The notes under the pieces are model-generated. The model saw only the letters and a program-made list of their open reading frames with translations. It was not told the DNA's origin and did no database searches. A stretch of 64,000 nucleotides of DNA from Octopus vulgaris (lineage: Eukaryota). This document shows, one piece after another, positions 41,201 to 56,900 of this stretch. Numbering within the stretch: position 1 is the stretch's first letter; each line of letters starts with the position of its first letter. The DNA lies in contig OX597840.1 of the NCBI GenBank assembly GCA_951406725.2, positions 6,262,001 through 6,326,000 on the forward strand, read 5' to 3'. Position numbers and translations under genes: made by a program.

Positions 41201-44200
41201 TTACAATAATTTGTTTTTGCATCGTTTATCAGCTAAAATGTATTACAGGAATTAAATTGATATTTATTTTTGGTTACAGGGGTAACAGGTTCAAAAGGTC
41301 CTCAAATAGGTATGAACATTTTAATATCAACATATGAAATTTTATTTTCTCTCTATATATCGGGTTGTCTGGAAAGTTTGTGCCGATTTTTAAAGGAAAG
41401 AAAAAGGTCAATAAATACTTGCCATTACATTTTTAATCGACCAAATATGAACCATTTTGTTGCACAATGCATTTCTATCTTTTCTTTAACTTGAAAATAC
41501 CCTCTTCCCAGAACTGAGGTGGTTTCATGGCAAAGAATTCATAAAGGTATCTTTTTATGTCATCCAAGGAATTGAAATTTTTACCATTAAGACTATTCTG
41601 CAGAAACCTGAATAAGTGGAAATCCGAAGGAGCAATATCTGGTGAATATGGAGGGTGGGGTAACACATCCCAGCCGAGCTGCAGCAATATTTGTCTGGTT
41701 CCCAAAGCATCAAGTGCCGAAAATGAACTTTCTTATCTTCCATTTAAAGGGTTACAGAATTAACACAGGTTATAGGAACATAAACGTTCTTCCACAGAAA
41801 GATAGCTTAAACTGTGCTCTAAATGGAGGTGTAGTCAAATCCTATTTTATGGACTGAACTATGTTCTAAAATAAGTCAAAATGTAAGCTGCTATAAATCG
41901 GCATGAACTTTCCGGACAACCCAATATAATGATAACTACAGTTTGCCATGTTCTACAACATGGAAGCAGTGAGAAAATCTTGCTTTATAACTGGTTGCTT
42001 GTGTATGTTAGTATTTACTGTGAAGGCAATGAACATATCGTTAGGATCCTTTCAATTCCCTTAAAGAATATTAGGCAGAAAGTATCTATGGTTGGCTTAA
42101 GAATAACTACATATTTAACGTATCAAATATGAATGGGTGCAAATAGATGGAAGAGATAGTTTTGGAAAAGACAGAATATAGATTATTAATTCAACTAATA
42201 GTAAAAATAGACAGGGTCACATCAAGAAATTTAATCAAAAAGATGCATTGGTGTTTCGTTGTAGATAAGTTATATAAGTAGAACCTTTAGCACACTGGGC
42301 GAAATACTTAGCGAAATGCTTCATCTGCCATTATGTTCTGGGTTCAAATTCCGCCGAGGACAACTTTGCCTTTCATCCTTTTGGGGTCGATAAATTAAGT
42401 ACCAGTTACGCACTGGCGCCAATGTAATCGACTTAATCTCTTTGTCTGTCCTTGTTTGTCCCCTCTATGTTTAGCCCCTTGTGGGCAATAAAGAAATCAG
42501 ATATGTTATAAGATACATGTGAAATAAAACTAGACTTAACCAAAACTTGAAAGGTATCATTCGTATATCTAATTAAGTTCCTATTCTATTTTTTAAACAA
42601 TTTCTTCAGTAGAATATAAATACCATAAAACCTCGAGTATAATCCGCATTTTTTTTCCCAAAATTTAAAGGTCAAAATCCCTAGTGCGTACTATATACGA
42701 GATTAAAAATGAAAAATAGTTTCTAAGCAATGTCCAAGTCTCTACTTGCTGTCCGGCAATGTTTATTCAGACGCATTTTGTGATGTTGGGCGTGAAAATA
42801 CCTTAAGCTAAGCCTGAAAGCAATGAAGTCATAAAAGAATCACACATAACTTGCAGTAAGCAACATTTATTAAACGTTATTACTGTTATTTCTTTATTTT
42901 CTGCAAACAAAATGCACAAAAAAGCTACACGTTTGCATTATGTTATATATACAATAATAATAAAGGGCGTTACCATATACATTTTTAGAAACCAAGGACG
43001 TTAAATAGACCTCCTTGACTCAAGTTAGAGAAGGTGCGCATATTATACACAAGGTTTAGGTTTTCCAGAGGTAAAGACCCCTAAAAATCCCCTGCATATA
43101 ATACTCAAGGGTGGACTGTACTCGAGGATTTACGGTATACATGTGAGGCATCAACATTTTGTGTAATTATTTGCCACAAAATCTGGTGTATATGACACAT
43201 GTATAATGTTCCAATTTTACAGTAGCAATTGTTCCATTTATTTGTACCAAATGTATATATCTTTAAAACTAAGTCTTCATTATCATCATCATCATTTAAC
43301 ATCCATGATCCATGTGATGGCTGATTTGAAAGGAAATGATGTTTTTGTAACACAAAGCACCATCCGAATGGGGCCGATGCCAGCGCTGCCTTGACTGGCT
43401 TCCGTGCCGGTGGCACATAAAAAGCAACAATCCAATCATGGCCGTTGCCAGCCTCCTCTGGCCCTTGTGCTGGTGGCACGTAAAAAGCACCCACTACACT
43501 CACGGAGTGGTTGGCGTTAGGAAGGGCATCCAGCTGTAGAAACACTGCCAGATCAGACTGGAGCTTGGTGCAGCCTTCTGGCTTCCCAGATCCCGGTCGA
43601 ACCGCCCAACCCATGAGAACAGACGTTAAACGATGATGATGATGATGATGAATCAGTTGAAATGTTCTATGATAGGAATTGAATAGATATTTATTCTTTG
43701 ATTGCAGGGACAACTGGTTCTGAAGGCCCTAAAACTGGTATGGAAATTTTAATATCAATATATGAAATGTCTTTATATGCTAACAATATATAATGGTTAT
43801 AACCTCAATTTAATGATGTTCTACAACATGGAAGCACTCTGCTAATTCTGGTTTCCAAGCTGGTTACTCATGTTAACACTAACTGTGAAGTTTAACACTT
43901 TTGTTATCATATTTCTGTTGAGATGCTTTGTGTTTCTTTCAATTATTTTAAATATAACAAAGAATTTAGTAAAATAACTTAGTCATCATTAAGATAGTGT
44001 TCAGAACATAAATTGTGACTAAGGTTTGGTAGAAGATTTTAATTCAAAACTTATGAAAACAAAACATTTGTACTCAGAGCCAGAGCCGGTTTCAGCCGGG
44101 TTAGTAACAAAAGGGTTAAGAAGTCCTCATATATTCAGGATCCTTCAATAACATTTGAGTATTCTTGTTGATAAGGTTTACAAAAAGAATGTAACTACAG

Positions 44201-44402
44201 ATGGCTTTAGAAAAAGGGTAGATTAAAGTCTAAGAATCAAAACCGGTCCAGGCATGGCTGTGTGGTAAGAAGCTTGCTTTCAAACCACATGATTTTAAGT
44301 TCAGTCCCACTGCATGGCACTTTAAGTATGTGTCTTCTCCAATAGCCTCAAGCTGGACAAAGACTTGTGAGTGGATTTGGCAAATGGAAACTAAATGAAG
44401 TC

Positions 44403-44451
<49 letters not shown>

Positions 44452-46512
44452 CATGGGGGTACATTATGTGTGTGTCTTTGTCACACCACCGTCACTTGAT
44501 GAAAACCAGTGTTGGAGTATTTGTCTCCATAACTTAGCATTTCAACAAAAGTGAATTAATAAAATAGCTCTTGATGTCAATTCATTCGGTTAAAATTTCT
44601 TCAAGGCAACTGGAACAATAGGAATAAAAAAGTACCTTAAATCCTCAAGTATAATCTGCACTTTTCCCCCAAAATTTAACGGTCAAAATCCCTAGTGCGT
44701 ACTATATACGAGGTTAAAAACAAAAAATATTTTCAAAGCAATGTCCGAGTTCCTATTTGCTGTCCGGCAATGTTTATTCAGATGCATTTTGTGATGTCGG
44801 GCACGAAAATACCTTAAGCTAAGCCTGAAAGCAATAAAGTCATAAAAGAATCATCCATAACTTGCAGTAAACAACATTTATTAAACGTTATTACTGTTAT
44901 TTCTTTATTTTCTGCAAACAAAATGCACAAAAAAGCTACACGTTTGCATTATATATACAATAATAATAAAGGATGTTACCGTATACACTTTTACATACCA
45001 GGGACGTTATATAGACCTCTTTGACTCAAGTTAGAGAAGGGGTGCGTGTTATACACAAGGTTTAGGTTTTTCAGAGTTACAGCCCCCTAAAAATTCCCTG
45101 TGTATTATACTCAAGGGCAGACTATACTCGAGGATTTACGGTATGGAGTAATACATTTCTAGAATTTCTGAAGAGTTAATACTCAGATTGCTACTCCGAG
45201 TAAGCAGTAAGTATTACAGTACAAAGGACAGTGTGTCATTGAGAGTTTTAATCAAACATAAAAAGCACCATTTAAACGTGATCGTTACCAGTGTCGCCTT
45301 ACTGGCACATGAAAAATATTTGAGCGAGGTCATTGCCAGTGCCACTGGACTGGCTCCTGTGCAGGTGGCATGTAAAAAACACTACTTGGGCATGGCTGTT
45401 GCCAGTACTGCCTGACTAGCCCTTGTGCCGGTGGCACGTAAAAGCACCCACTACACTCTCGGAGTGGTCGGCATTAGGAATGGCATCCAGCTGTAGAAAC
45501 TATGCCAGATCAGATTGGAGCCTGGTGCAGCCTTCTGGTTTGCCAGTTCTCAGTCAAATCATCCAACCCATGGCAGCATGGAAAGCGGAGATTAAACGAT
45601 GATGACAATGATACTCAATAGTCTATCATTGTAAATGAGTTGTATAGACATATATGCTATTAAACAACTTGAAATATCCATAGACTGTATTACGTGAATT
45701 TATATCTAATCCTGTCTTTTGTAATGAAATATTCCATCATATATACATACATTTGGAGTATGTTTTTTCTAAACAAGTTTATAATATGCTCTTTTACAGG
45801 TGGAACAAGTCCATCTATTTCAATCACAGGTATGTATATTTAACACTAAATAATTCCTGTATTTGTTAAATATTTATATGGAAATTACAGTCTCCCTCTG
45901 TAGATTATATTTTACATATGTTGTAGTAATTTCTCATCCTAAATGATTGAATTAATTTGGGTTGCCTTACTTTGATGGGATTTCATGTATGTTCAATCAT
46001 TTCTTGATATATAGACATTTATATATTACCATATCTATTAGACTATCAGATGCTGTTATGCAAACATTGTTATAGCTTTCAAATGATACCACCCAACTGG
46101 CTACGGAAACGGGCCAACATTTTCCCTGATCAGAAAGTTATTTCGTTGTGGGTTTATCCATTTAAAGCTGAGTGAACTGAAATTAAGTATTTTCAAGAAC
46201 AAAATATGTCTCCCAGTCTACTAATCCCTCATGATGTAGTGATTGTGTGGGCAATGCTCTAATCACTAATCCATGCACCTTCACATAAATACATATATAC
46301 TATTTTACACTTTACTCTTTTACTTGTTTCAGTCATTTGACTGCGGCCATGCTGGAGCGCTGCCTTTAGGCGAGCAAATCGACCCCGGGACTTATTCTTT
46401 GTAAGCCCAGTACTTATTCTATCGGTCTCTTTTGCCGAACGGCTAAGTGACGGGGACGTAAACACACCAGCATCGGTTGTCAAGCAATGCTAGGAGGACA
46501 AACACAGACACA

Positions 46513-46548
<36 letters not shown>

Positions 46549-49500
46549 TATACATATATATACATATATACGACAGGCTTCTTTCAGTTTCCGTCTACCA
46601 AATCCACTCACAAGGCATTGGTCGGCCCGGGGCTATAGTAGAAGACACTTGCCCAAGATGCCACGCAGTGGGACTGAACCCGGAACCATGTGGTCCCGAA
46701 AGGTAGACGGAAACTGAAAGAAGCCCGTCGTATATTTGTATATATATGTATATGTATGTGTGTATATATGTTTGCGTGTCTGTGTTTGTTTCTCCCCCCC
46801 CCCCCAACATCGCTTGACAACCGATGCTGGTGTGTTTACATCACCGTAACTTAGCGATTTGGCAAAAGAGGCTGATAGAATAAATACTAGGTTTACAAAG
46901 AATAAGTCCTGGAGTCGATTTGCTCGACTAAAGGTGCTGCTCCAGCATGGCCACAGTCAAATGACTGAAACAAGTAAAAGAGTAAAAGAGATTGCTATTT
47001 CAATTAAGGAAAATCTGTTACAGCTGAGGTACAAGGGACATTGTGACACTCCGAGTTTTAATCAAAAATACTCAATCGTCTATCACTGTAAACAAGTTGT
47101 ATGGACATATATTTAATTAAATATCTTGAAATATCCATAGATTTTAATACAAAATTTATATCTAACTCTATGTCCATGTAAGGAAATCTTTTATAATATA
47201 TACATACAAGCAAAACGCCCCCTCCCCCCATCCAATGGACAGTGCTGAGTTGTCAAACATTTAAACCAAATTTTCTCAAAACAATTTCTCCGATCATCCC
47301 ATAGGCCTCCCCTTTGAGAAACACTGATTTAACCTAAATTTGAGACACCAGCAAAAGAAGAAATAAGATAGAGTTTTTTTCTATTCCAAGAAAAACGATT
47401 TTACAAATGCACGTTCCCACGGCTTTATTGATCGCATTCTCACCTGGAATCGATTTTTGTAATTTTTTAAAGACTTTTACACGCCCTGATACTGTTGGTA
47501 TCTACACATCAAATTTGAGTGCAATTGGATGGAGGATGCCCGAGATCCTAGAAGACACACACACAGACAGACAGAATGGATTTTATATAATAGATGTTTG
47601 AAGTATGTTTTCTATAAACCAGTTTATAATAAGAATATTTCACTTTTTTACAGGTGGATCTAGTCCATTTGTTTCATCTACAGGTATATATATTTAACGC
47701 TAAATAATTCTTATACTTGACAAATCTTATATGGACATTGCTGTCTCTTTGTAGATGTTTTATATATTATGTTGTCATGGTTTCTCGTTATAAATGATTG
47801 AACTGATTTGGATTGTGTCTCTATGATGGTATTTCATGTATGCTTAACTTCATTTTGATATATATACGTACTAGCAGTATTGCGCGGCTCAACGGGGATT
47901 TCAGGGGAGAGTTTCAGAGAGTCGCTGGTGATGTATCGTGATGATAAAAAATCCGGCCTGCTAAAATTTGGTTAAAGTGATTCAAACTGCAGACTCAACG
48001 CAAAATGGTCACATTTAATTCAAAGCATTAAAAATGCTATGAAAACAATTGGTATGTGTTCACAAAGTCCAAACGATTAATACGAAAAAAACCCCCAGCT
48101 ACATCCCAAAAATTCATTTCTTTGCCGAATTTCTACAATGTTTACGGCGATTCGTTTTTATATCTTGATTTTTTTATTTTTCATGCAATTTACGCATGCT
48201 TGCACGCATGGTGAACACAGTTCACGTCAAAGTTGTGCATCATTTTTTTGGTATAGGCACAGGAGTGGCTGTGTGGTAAGTAGCTTGCTTACCAACCACA
48301 TAGTTCCAGGTTCAGTCCCACTGTGTGGCACCTTGGGCAAGTGTCTTCTACTATAGCCTCGGGCCAACCAAAGCCTTGTGAGTGGATTTGGTAGATGGAT
48401 ACTGAAAGAAACCCATTGTATATATGTATACATCTATATGTGTATGTGTGTGTGTGTGTGTGTGTAAATACGGCAGTAATTTTATTCAGCTGAATACACA
48501 TCATTGATTGGTTGAAATTACCGAATTAGGACTACTTTAACGTGAAATTACTTCGTAAATATAAGTTTTTCTCAAAAATGCTAAGAATAAAAGATGTTTT
48601 ATATGATACATTCTACCAGTGTCCGAAGTTTGAAAGTGCTTAGTTACAAAAAATTAGTTTTTAAATCTGTAGCTCCAAAGGTAAAGATCCCATTTTTACT
48701 ATACACAGTTCTGATGGTTTGATCTGCAAATCTTGAAAAGAATCTCTGAATAAATATGATATTTTAATCACATTTATTTAATCAAATCATACATAGAACA
48801 CATTGAAGAATTGTATTAGTTATTAATGCAAACAAATTGCCATTTTCTTGTAGGACCAAGTGTATCTGGCATATCTCTTACTTCATCAGGTAAGTACAGT
48901 TCTGCTGTATGTTTTGTGACTATCATGAAAGTATTACTGAATGTAATTTGTTATTCTGTGATAGAATTTTTAGCTCAAGGCAGCGAGCAGGCAGAAACGT
49001 TAGCATGCTGGGCAAAATGCTTATGGGTAGTTCGTCTGTCTTTACATTCTGAGTTCAAATTCCGCCGAGGTCCACTTTGCCTTTCATCCTTTCGGGGTCG
49101 ATTAAATAAGTACCTGTTGCGCACTGGGGTCCATGTAATCGACTTAATCCGTTTGTCTGTCCTTGTTTGTCCTCTCTGTGTTTAGCTCCTTGTGGGCAGT
49201 AAAGAAATAAGAATTTTTAGCTCATCATCAAGTACAGTTCTATATTTAAGAGCCGATATTAGACTTCAATGGAGACATACAGAGAAACTCCATCAAAAAC
49301 TAGCTTGTCTTTCAAACCATCTAACTTTCCTGTGTAGATGTAGAGACTCAAAGCTAATACCACCTGGTTTGAATATAATCTCATCATTAAGTAGTTTGAA
49401 ATATTCATTAATAACATATGAAGCTATTTCTCATCAAAAACATTTGACCTGACTGGATTTACTTGTGCTAAAATACTTACATATGGAGTTGAAACTATAT

Positions 49501-52500
49501 TATTATTCCTAAGAAACTACCATGTAATAATTAATTAGGGAGAGAGAGGAAATGGAATTTATTCAGGAATGTAATAGTTTCAGTTGGCTCTCCGTCGGTT
49601 GTGACGACGAGGGTTCCAGTTGATCTGATCAATGGAACAGCCCACTCATGAAATTAACGTGCAGTGGCTGAGCATTCCACAGACACATGTATCCTTGACA
49701 TAGTTCTTGGGGAGACTCAGTGTGACACAGAGTGTGACAAGGCTGGCTCCTTTGAAATACAGATACAATAGAAACAGGAAGAAAGAGTGAGAGAAAGTTG
49801 TGGTGAAAGAGTACAACAGGGTTCACCACCAACCCCTGCCAGAGCCTCATGGAGCTTTAGGTGTTTTCACTCAATAAACACTCACAACGCCCAGTCTGGG
49901 AATTGAAACTGTGATCCTATGACCGCAAGTCTGTTGCCCTAACATTGTACCTCCACAGTAATGTAATAGATAACATGTATACCAGCATGAAATATAAACA
50001 TTGCTTTGAAGCTGCCAGTTGGACAGTTTGTCTTTTCTTATTCAACATGTTACCTGTAATGACTAATATCATTTAAACTTTGAATATGTCAGCAGTTAAT
50101 TCATTCATGATACATTTACTGTTACATTTAAATAGAGATGTCTATAGTTTAAACATTCAGTGTAATTTCCTATATTTAATGAAATGCTTACGCTGTAACT
50201 CAAGTGCGTAACTGGTACTTAATTTATCGAGCCCGAAAGGATGAAAGACAAAGTTGACCTCTGCAGAATTTGAACTCAGAACGTAACGGCAGACGAAATA
50301 CCGCTAAGCATTTCGCCCGACATGCTAACGTTTCTGCCAGCTCGCCATCTTAGCCACTGTTTTAACCATATTGTGCCTAGATGTACTACACTTTTTTTTA
50401 GGGATAACACACTTTTCTTCAAAATAATACGCAGCATTCACCTCTCATCAAAGCAATTATTTCTGCTTAGTTCATCTTTATGATGCACAGTTCTGATGGT
50501 TTAGTCTGCAAATCTTGAGAAAAATCTCTAAATAAACATGGCATATTCTTTTTGCAAACAACTGTTATTTATTTGATCAAATCCTGCATGTAACATTTAA
50601 AGAATTGTATTAGTTATTAACAATCCAAAAATAACATATAATGCAAACAAATTGCCATTTTCTTGCAGGACCAAGTGTATCTGGCATATCTCTCACTCCA
50701 TCAGGTAAGTACACTTCTACTGTATGTTTAGTGATTATTATAAAAGTGTTACTGAATGCAATTTGTGATTCTGTGATAGAATTTTTAGCTTATCATAAAG
50801 TGGTTTGAAATAATTATCAATAGATGTCTTGCACACAACTTGCACATGCAAGTGCTACCAGTCAAGAACTCTGCATACCAGAAACCAGCTCGTGTATGGG
50901 GTCATCAGGAGAGAATGTGTGCTGTTTCAGGGCCTACCTCTCGACACCATCAATGCGCACCAGCCCCACTCACTGATATGAGGCCCTGCTTGCTAGATCA
51001 ACTGGTTATCAAATAAAGCTCAATATTCTTCTAGCCATCACTCATTGTCTCTTCTTAACCAAATCCAGTGGCTGGCCTTCTCCACTGTAGTTTGCATATT
51101 GGTCACGTTGGGATTGACTTTACGGTGAGTTAGGCCTAACGATAACAACAGTCGTCTCACACAGTGTCCATAAGAAACATAAGAAACATTCAGCCTGGTT
51201 GTGTTCACTTGTGGTAAAATGCTTACATATGGAGTTGAAATTATACTATCATTCCTATATAAACAACTGTTGTGGTGATAGACAAGAACATTGCAAAGCC
51301 AGCAGATCATACAATATTCATTTCTTTCAAGCTTTCACATGTCCTCTGCAATCACAACCCATGTTTTACGACAGAAGAAATGTGAAAGCGTGACAGAAAT
51401 GAATCTAGGATGCTCCACAAGATGAGCAATGTCAATTTGCATGTAAGACTGAATCTAAGCATCTTGAGAGAAAAACCAGGCATAATAAACATCAGATGTG
51501 GTGCACATGAGAGGCATCTGTGCTGGTATGGTCATGTATGTATGTATGTATGTATGTATGCATTTCTGTACGCCACAAGGCTTTGGCTGGCCCAAGGCTG
51601 TAGTAAAAGACACTTGCCCAACGTAACCTGTCACACAGTAGGACTCAGTGTGTGAACCATGTGGTTGCTTAAACATTGTAATTCTAAGAAAACTTTAAAT
51701 ATTCATTTCAAATATTGGTTATATATATATATATACATAACGGGAAGGTTTATGAATATAAACAAAAGACGAAGGCAGGTGGAGTAGAAGCAAACTAATG
51801 TATTAGTATGGTGCTCAGGAATAGAAATAGAACAAGTCTTTTACATTTCGAGCCTATGCTCTTCGACAGAAGGATACACAGAAAAAACAAGGAGAGAAAA
51901 AATTGTGTGTAGGAGCTAACGATCTATCATGGTGTCCTGACCATGTGGTTGAGAACTCCACAGACACATGTACCCTTATATATATATATGTGTGGAGGCA
52001 CAATGGACCAGTGGTTAGGACAGTGGATTTGCGGTCGTAGGATAGCGGTTTCAATTCCCAGACCGGTCATTGCGAGTGTTTATTAAGCGAAAACACCTGA
52101 AGGTCCATGAGGCTCTGGCAGGGATGGTGGTGAACCTTGCTGTACTCTTTCACCACAACTTTCTCTCACTCTTTCTTCCTGTTTCTGTTGTACCTGTATT
52201 TCAAAGGGCCAGCCTTGTCACACTCTGTGTCACGCTGAATCTCCCTGAGAACTATGTTAAGGTTACACGTGTCTGTGGAGTGCTCAGCCACTTGCACATT
52301 AATAAATGAGTTGCAACGTCACAGGTGCCAAGCTGTATCAGCCTATTCCTTTCCCTTCGATAACACTGGTCACGTGGAGAGGGGAGTCTGCTATGCATGG
52401 GCGACTGCTGGTCTTCCATAAACAATCTTGCCCAGACTTGTGCCTCAGTGGGTAACTTTCTAAGTGCAATCCCATGGTCAGTCATGACCGAATGGGGTCA

Positions 52501-53889
52501 CATATATATCATCAAAATAAGCAACAAGAATAACTTCAGTAGTTTGGTATGATCGTTTCACACTACATCAGTTTATTAAATGCTGTAAGTATTACAACAG
52601 TTTTAAAATGCTGAGCACTTATCAACCATTAATGGAGGTTTTCCATTAATACATAATTTTCATATCAAGTGATAACAATATAGAGAAGGTAGATATATAG
52701 ACAAAGATGTGGATTTATATTTTAAGAACAAGATAACTGACTGAATAATATTCAGTTGCTATGAACTGCTAGAAGGTTCTGAGAAGAATGGGCAATTGAA
52801 AGGAGACAAAAAAGATTTTCTATTTATAGAAATAGGGGTGAAATAGATGTCAAAGTTCCATATAAAAAAATTTAGGTACATGTTACATTATTTTAATCAA
52901 AGTTTTTCTAAGAATGCATCTGTACATAATTAGTTTGTGAAAATTTATGTAATTTATTAACTGTGTAAAATTGTATAATACAAATAAATTATTTCTCTGT
53001 TGCAGCTGCAAGCACAGGTACTCCAACAGTCTCTTCAGCAGGTTTGTATATTTGATACTAAACAAGTCCACTATATGTTTAGTCAATATAATGAAAGTAT
53101 TTACGAGGTGTCTAAGTTTACCTTGTCTGTCACAGTATATCACTTATCAGTTTTGGATTAGTTTTTGTTAGGTTCATACAATCTGAACGAAACCAAAAGA
53201 AAATTCAAAAGTAACATTTGAACTTTACTTGTTGGTGTTGGCCGTAAATGTTCACCTCTTGTAGAATCAAGACTGAGGAAATTTTAGTTGGTGTTACTGA
53301 AAACTATATTCTCCAAAACGACCAGATCCAAGAAATATCTGACACTACCTTAGTCTCATTGTTTCTAGTAGAACATGTGACATGGTCGATAAATTAAGTA
53401 CCAGTTATGCACTGGGGTCGATGTAATCGACTTAATCCCTTTGTCTGTCCTTGTTTGTCCCCTCTATGTTTAGCCCCTTGTGGGTAGTAAAGAAATAGGT
53501 ATTTCATCTGGCCTTATGTTCTGAGTTCAACTTCTGCCAGGGTCAACTTTGCCTGTCATCCTTTTGGGTTCGTTTAAATAAGTACCAGTTACGCACTGGG
53601 GTCGATGTAATCGACTTAATCCGTTTGTCTGTCCTTCTTTGTCCCCTCTGTGTTTTGCCCCTTGTGGGCAATAAAGAAATATATAAGATGTTTAAAATTT
53701 CCCTCTGTTAAACCTTTTATGTTTCTCTCCCTCTTTGCTCTCCAACTCTAACTTCAACAAACATTTTCACCATGTTATTCCCCTCTTTACAACGTTATCA
53801 TTTCTCTCTTTCTCTTTATCTCTCTTCCACTCACCACATGACAGCTTAATGCATCGGCTGGCAATGATGCCACCATTCTACCCACACTG

Positions 53890-53955
<66 letters not shown>

Positions 53956-56900
53956 CCTTTCTTCAACCCAGTGCTTTTCAACCTCTTTGCTGGAGCAGAA
54001 CCCCAAGGAAACATTCCACTGGCTCGAGGAACCCCTGTGCAATAATAGGCTTATGCACACATATCTGCACAGGAGAATTAAAAATTACTGCCGATTTTAG
54101 CAGTTTTGTAACTTCTTGTGGAATCCCTGGACTGTACTGGTGAAACCCTGGTTTAAAAAACTGCTTTAACCTCTTACCAGAACATCATCCCTCTGCTAAA
54201 CATTCTCTCTCTCACTCTCTACATATCACTCCTTTTTAAACACATAACTATTTCATTCCCCTTAATTCATGCCTTTAACTCTTCTCTTTCTCTTTTCCTT
54301 CAACTAATCATGTGACAGTCTAACATATTTCAACCTTAGCCTATTAATTAGGCCTCACCGAGGCAATGACCAGTAACCGAAAACTTTTGGAAATATGCTG
54401 TGCTTGAGAAGACCCGGCAAGCCAAGTGAGACCATAACCTTGTGGCCTAAGCCAGGGGTGTAACCAGCCCACTTATGCATACCTTCCCTTCATTGGACAC
54501 TGCTTGCGAAGACCTGTTGAAGCAAGTGAAATCGAAATCAAATTCGATGACTGGCATCCGTGCTAGGGGAGCACTAAGAGCACCATCTGAGTGTGATTAT
54601 TGCCAGAGCAGCTAATTGGCTTCCATGCTGATGGCACGTAAAAAGCACCATTTGAGCATGATTGTCACCAGTGACACCTTACTGGCACTTGTGCCGGTGT
54701 GCAGATGGCACATTAAAAAAAAACACGATTTTTTCATGGCCGTTGCTAGTACTGTCTGACTGGTCCTCGTGCCGGCAGCACGTAAAAGCACCCACTACAT
54801 TCTTGGAGTGGTTGGCATTAGGAAGGGCATCCAGCTGTAGAAACTCTGCCAGATCAAGACTGGAGCCTGAGGCAGCCGTCTGGTTCGCCAGTCCTCAGTC
54901 AAATCGTCCAATGCATGCTAGCATGGAAAGCGGACATTAAACGATGATGATGATTTCTCTATCTATCTTTCACTCCCTTCCTCAGCATTGATAACTTTTT
55001 CTCTTTGTGTTGTTGGAAATATTCTAAAACTTAGCCAACGTTTTCTTATTTTAATTAAAAAGAAAATATTTTCAAGTTTTAGAAGAAAGACATTCAGTTT
55101 TCTATGAAAGCAAAAACTGTGAAACTCTCACCATAATTCCTTAGGACATCTTCAGTCACAAAACCCAAATATAATGTTTATTTCTCACCAAGGCAAGGTG
55201 GCCGATGCCAGTGGCACTTGGAAAGCTCCTTTTGAGTGTTGGGCCTCATGGACACAATGAAGAAGGACTGTGACACTGGTGTTAGGTTATGCTTGAGAAG
55301 AAAACCCATCAAACCAAGTAAAATCACAATCATGGCAGATACAAAAAGAATGGAAATTTCACCATAATTTCATGGGACATCTTTAATAACAAAACAAAAG
55401 ATAATGTTTATTTCTCCATTATAAAGTACAGCCCTAATTTTATTTTATTCATTTATTTTTTGTTTAAGACGTAGGAGTGGCTGTGTGGTAAGTAGCTTGC
55501 TTACCAGCCACATGGTTCTGGGTTCAGTCCCACTACGTGGCACCTTGAGCAAGTGTCTTCTACTATAGCCTCGGGCCAACCAAAACCTTGTAAATGCCTA
55601 TAAAATCATTTCAAACCTTTCTGATTTCCCTTATCAAGACGGTTAGAACTTGTGCAACAATCTGATATATAAGTTATTGTCACCTGGGAAGGGGATTTTT
55701 CACACTCAAGAAAGAGAGTGTATTTGACAGAAATTGTTGAAATACATATGTACTTCAGATGAGTAGCAAGTGGACAATGCTATCCACTGTATTTGGGTCT
55801 AGTTAGTTTGAGTCACAAATCAGCCCCTTTTTAAAATGAAATTCAAAAAATCTGAAAATCTGTCATATTGAACATTTATTTCAAAGAATTAATTAAGAAA
55901 AATTTTGACGAAAAAGTTACAGAAGTTTAAAAATCGAAACTCTATCTATTTTTAGCCAATAATAAACTTTCGTTGTAGCGAACAGTGTCAACTTTAATGT
56001 TGTATCCTGTGTAAAGTTGTACCCTGTGTTACCTGTTCATTGTAGATTTCTAAATAAAGATAAATACCTTATAAAGTCATGTTTTTATTTTTGCTTTTGT
56101 TTTGGGGATTTCCCTTTAGTGACACCAATTACACATGGTACCAGAAATTTGCTTGGAGTTGCCAATATGGAAAAAGTGTTTTTTAAGTTTTTGAAAATTT
56201 GAAATAAAAAGTTTTTTAAAACTGGCTGTCACAGAGATGTGAAAAATGGCTACTACCTGTTAATTTCAAATTTAACTTACCAAAGCTGAGGGTCTTCCAG
56301 CACTCCCCAAGTCTCTTAATGCCCCCCCCCCCCGCTATCACCCCTTTGCTCCAAAACGCCCCCATCGAGCTCCAAATGATCCCTTTTGAGAACCTTTGTT
56401 TCAGACCACACTGACATATATTCTCTCTGTCTGTCTGTCTCTCTCTCTCTCACTCTCTTTCTCTCTCTCATATTCATTTGTTAGTGATTGATATAAACAA
56501 ATGATACTTTCCCATTAATAAGTTTCTGGCACATATATTATAAAAATAACATATAATGCAAACAAATTGCCATTTTCTTGCAGGACCAAGTGTATCTGGC
56601 ATATCTCTCACTCCATCAGGTAAGTACACTTCTACTGTATGTTTAGTGATTTTTATAAAAGTGTTACTGAATGCAATTTGTGATTCTGTGATAGAATTTT
56701 TAGCTTATCATAAAGTGGTTTGAAATAATTATCAATAGATGTCTTGCACACAACTTGCACATGCAAGTGCTACCAGTCAAGAACTCTGCATACCAGAAAC
56801 CAGCTAGTGTATGGGGTCATCAGGAGAGAATGCTCACCGTTTCGGGGCCTACCTCTCGACACCATCAATGTGCACCAGCCCCCTCACTGATATGAGGCCC

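Noticed and set aside
43105-43713. Longest ORF (202 aa, minus strand)
   Set aside because: Antisense read-through of a (GAT)n-tailed repeat and a MITE end; not a host gene.
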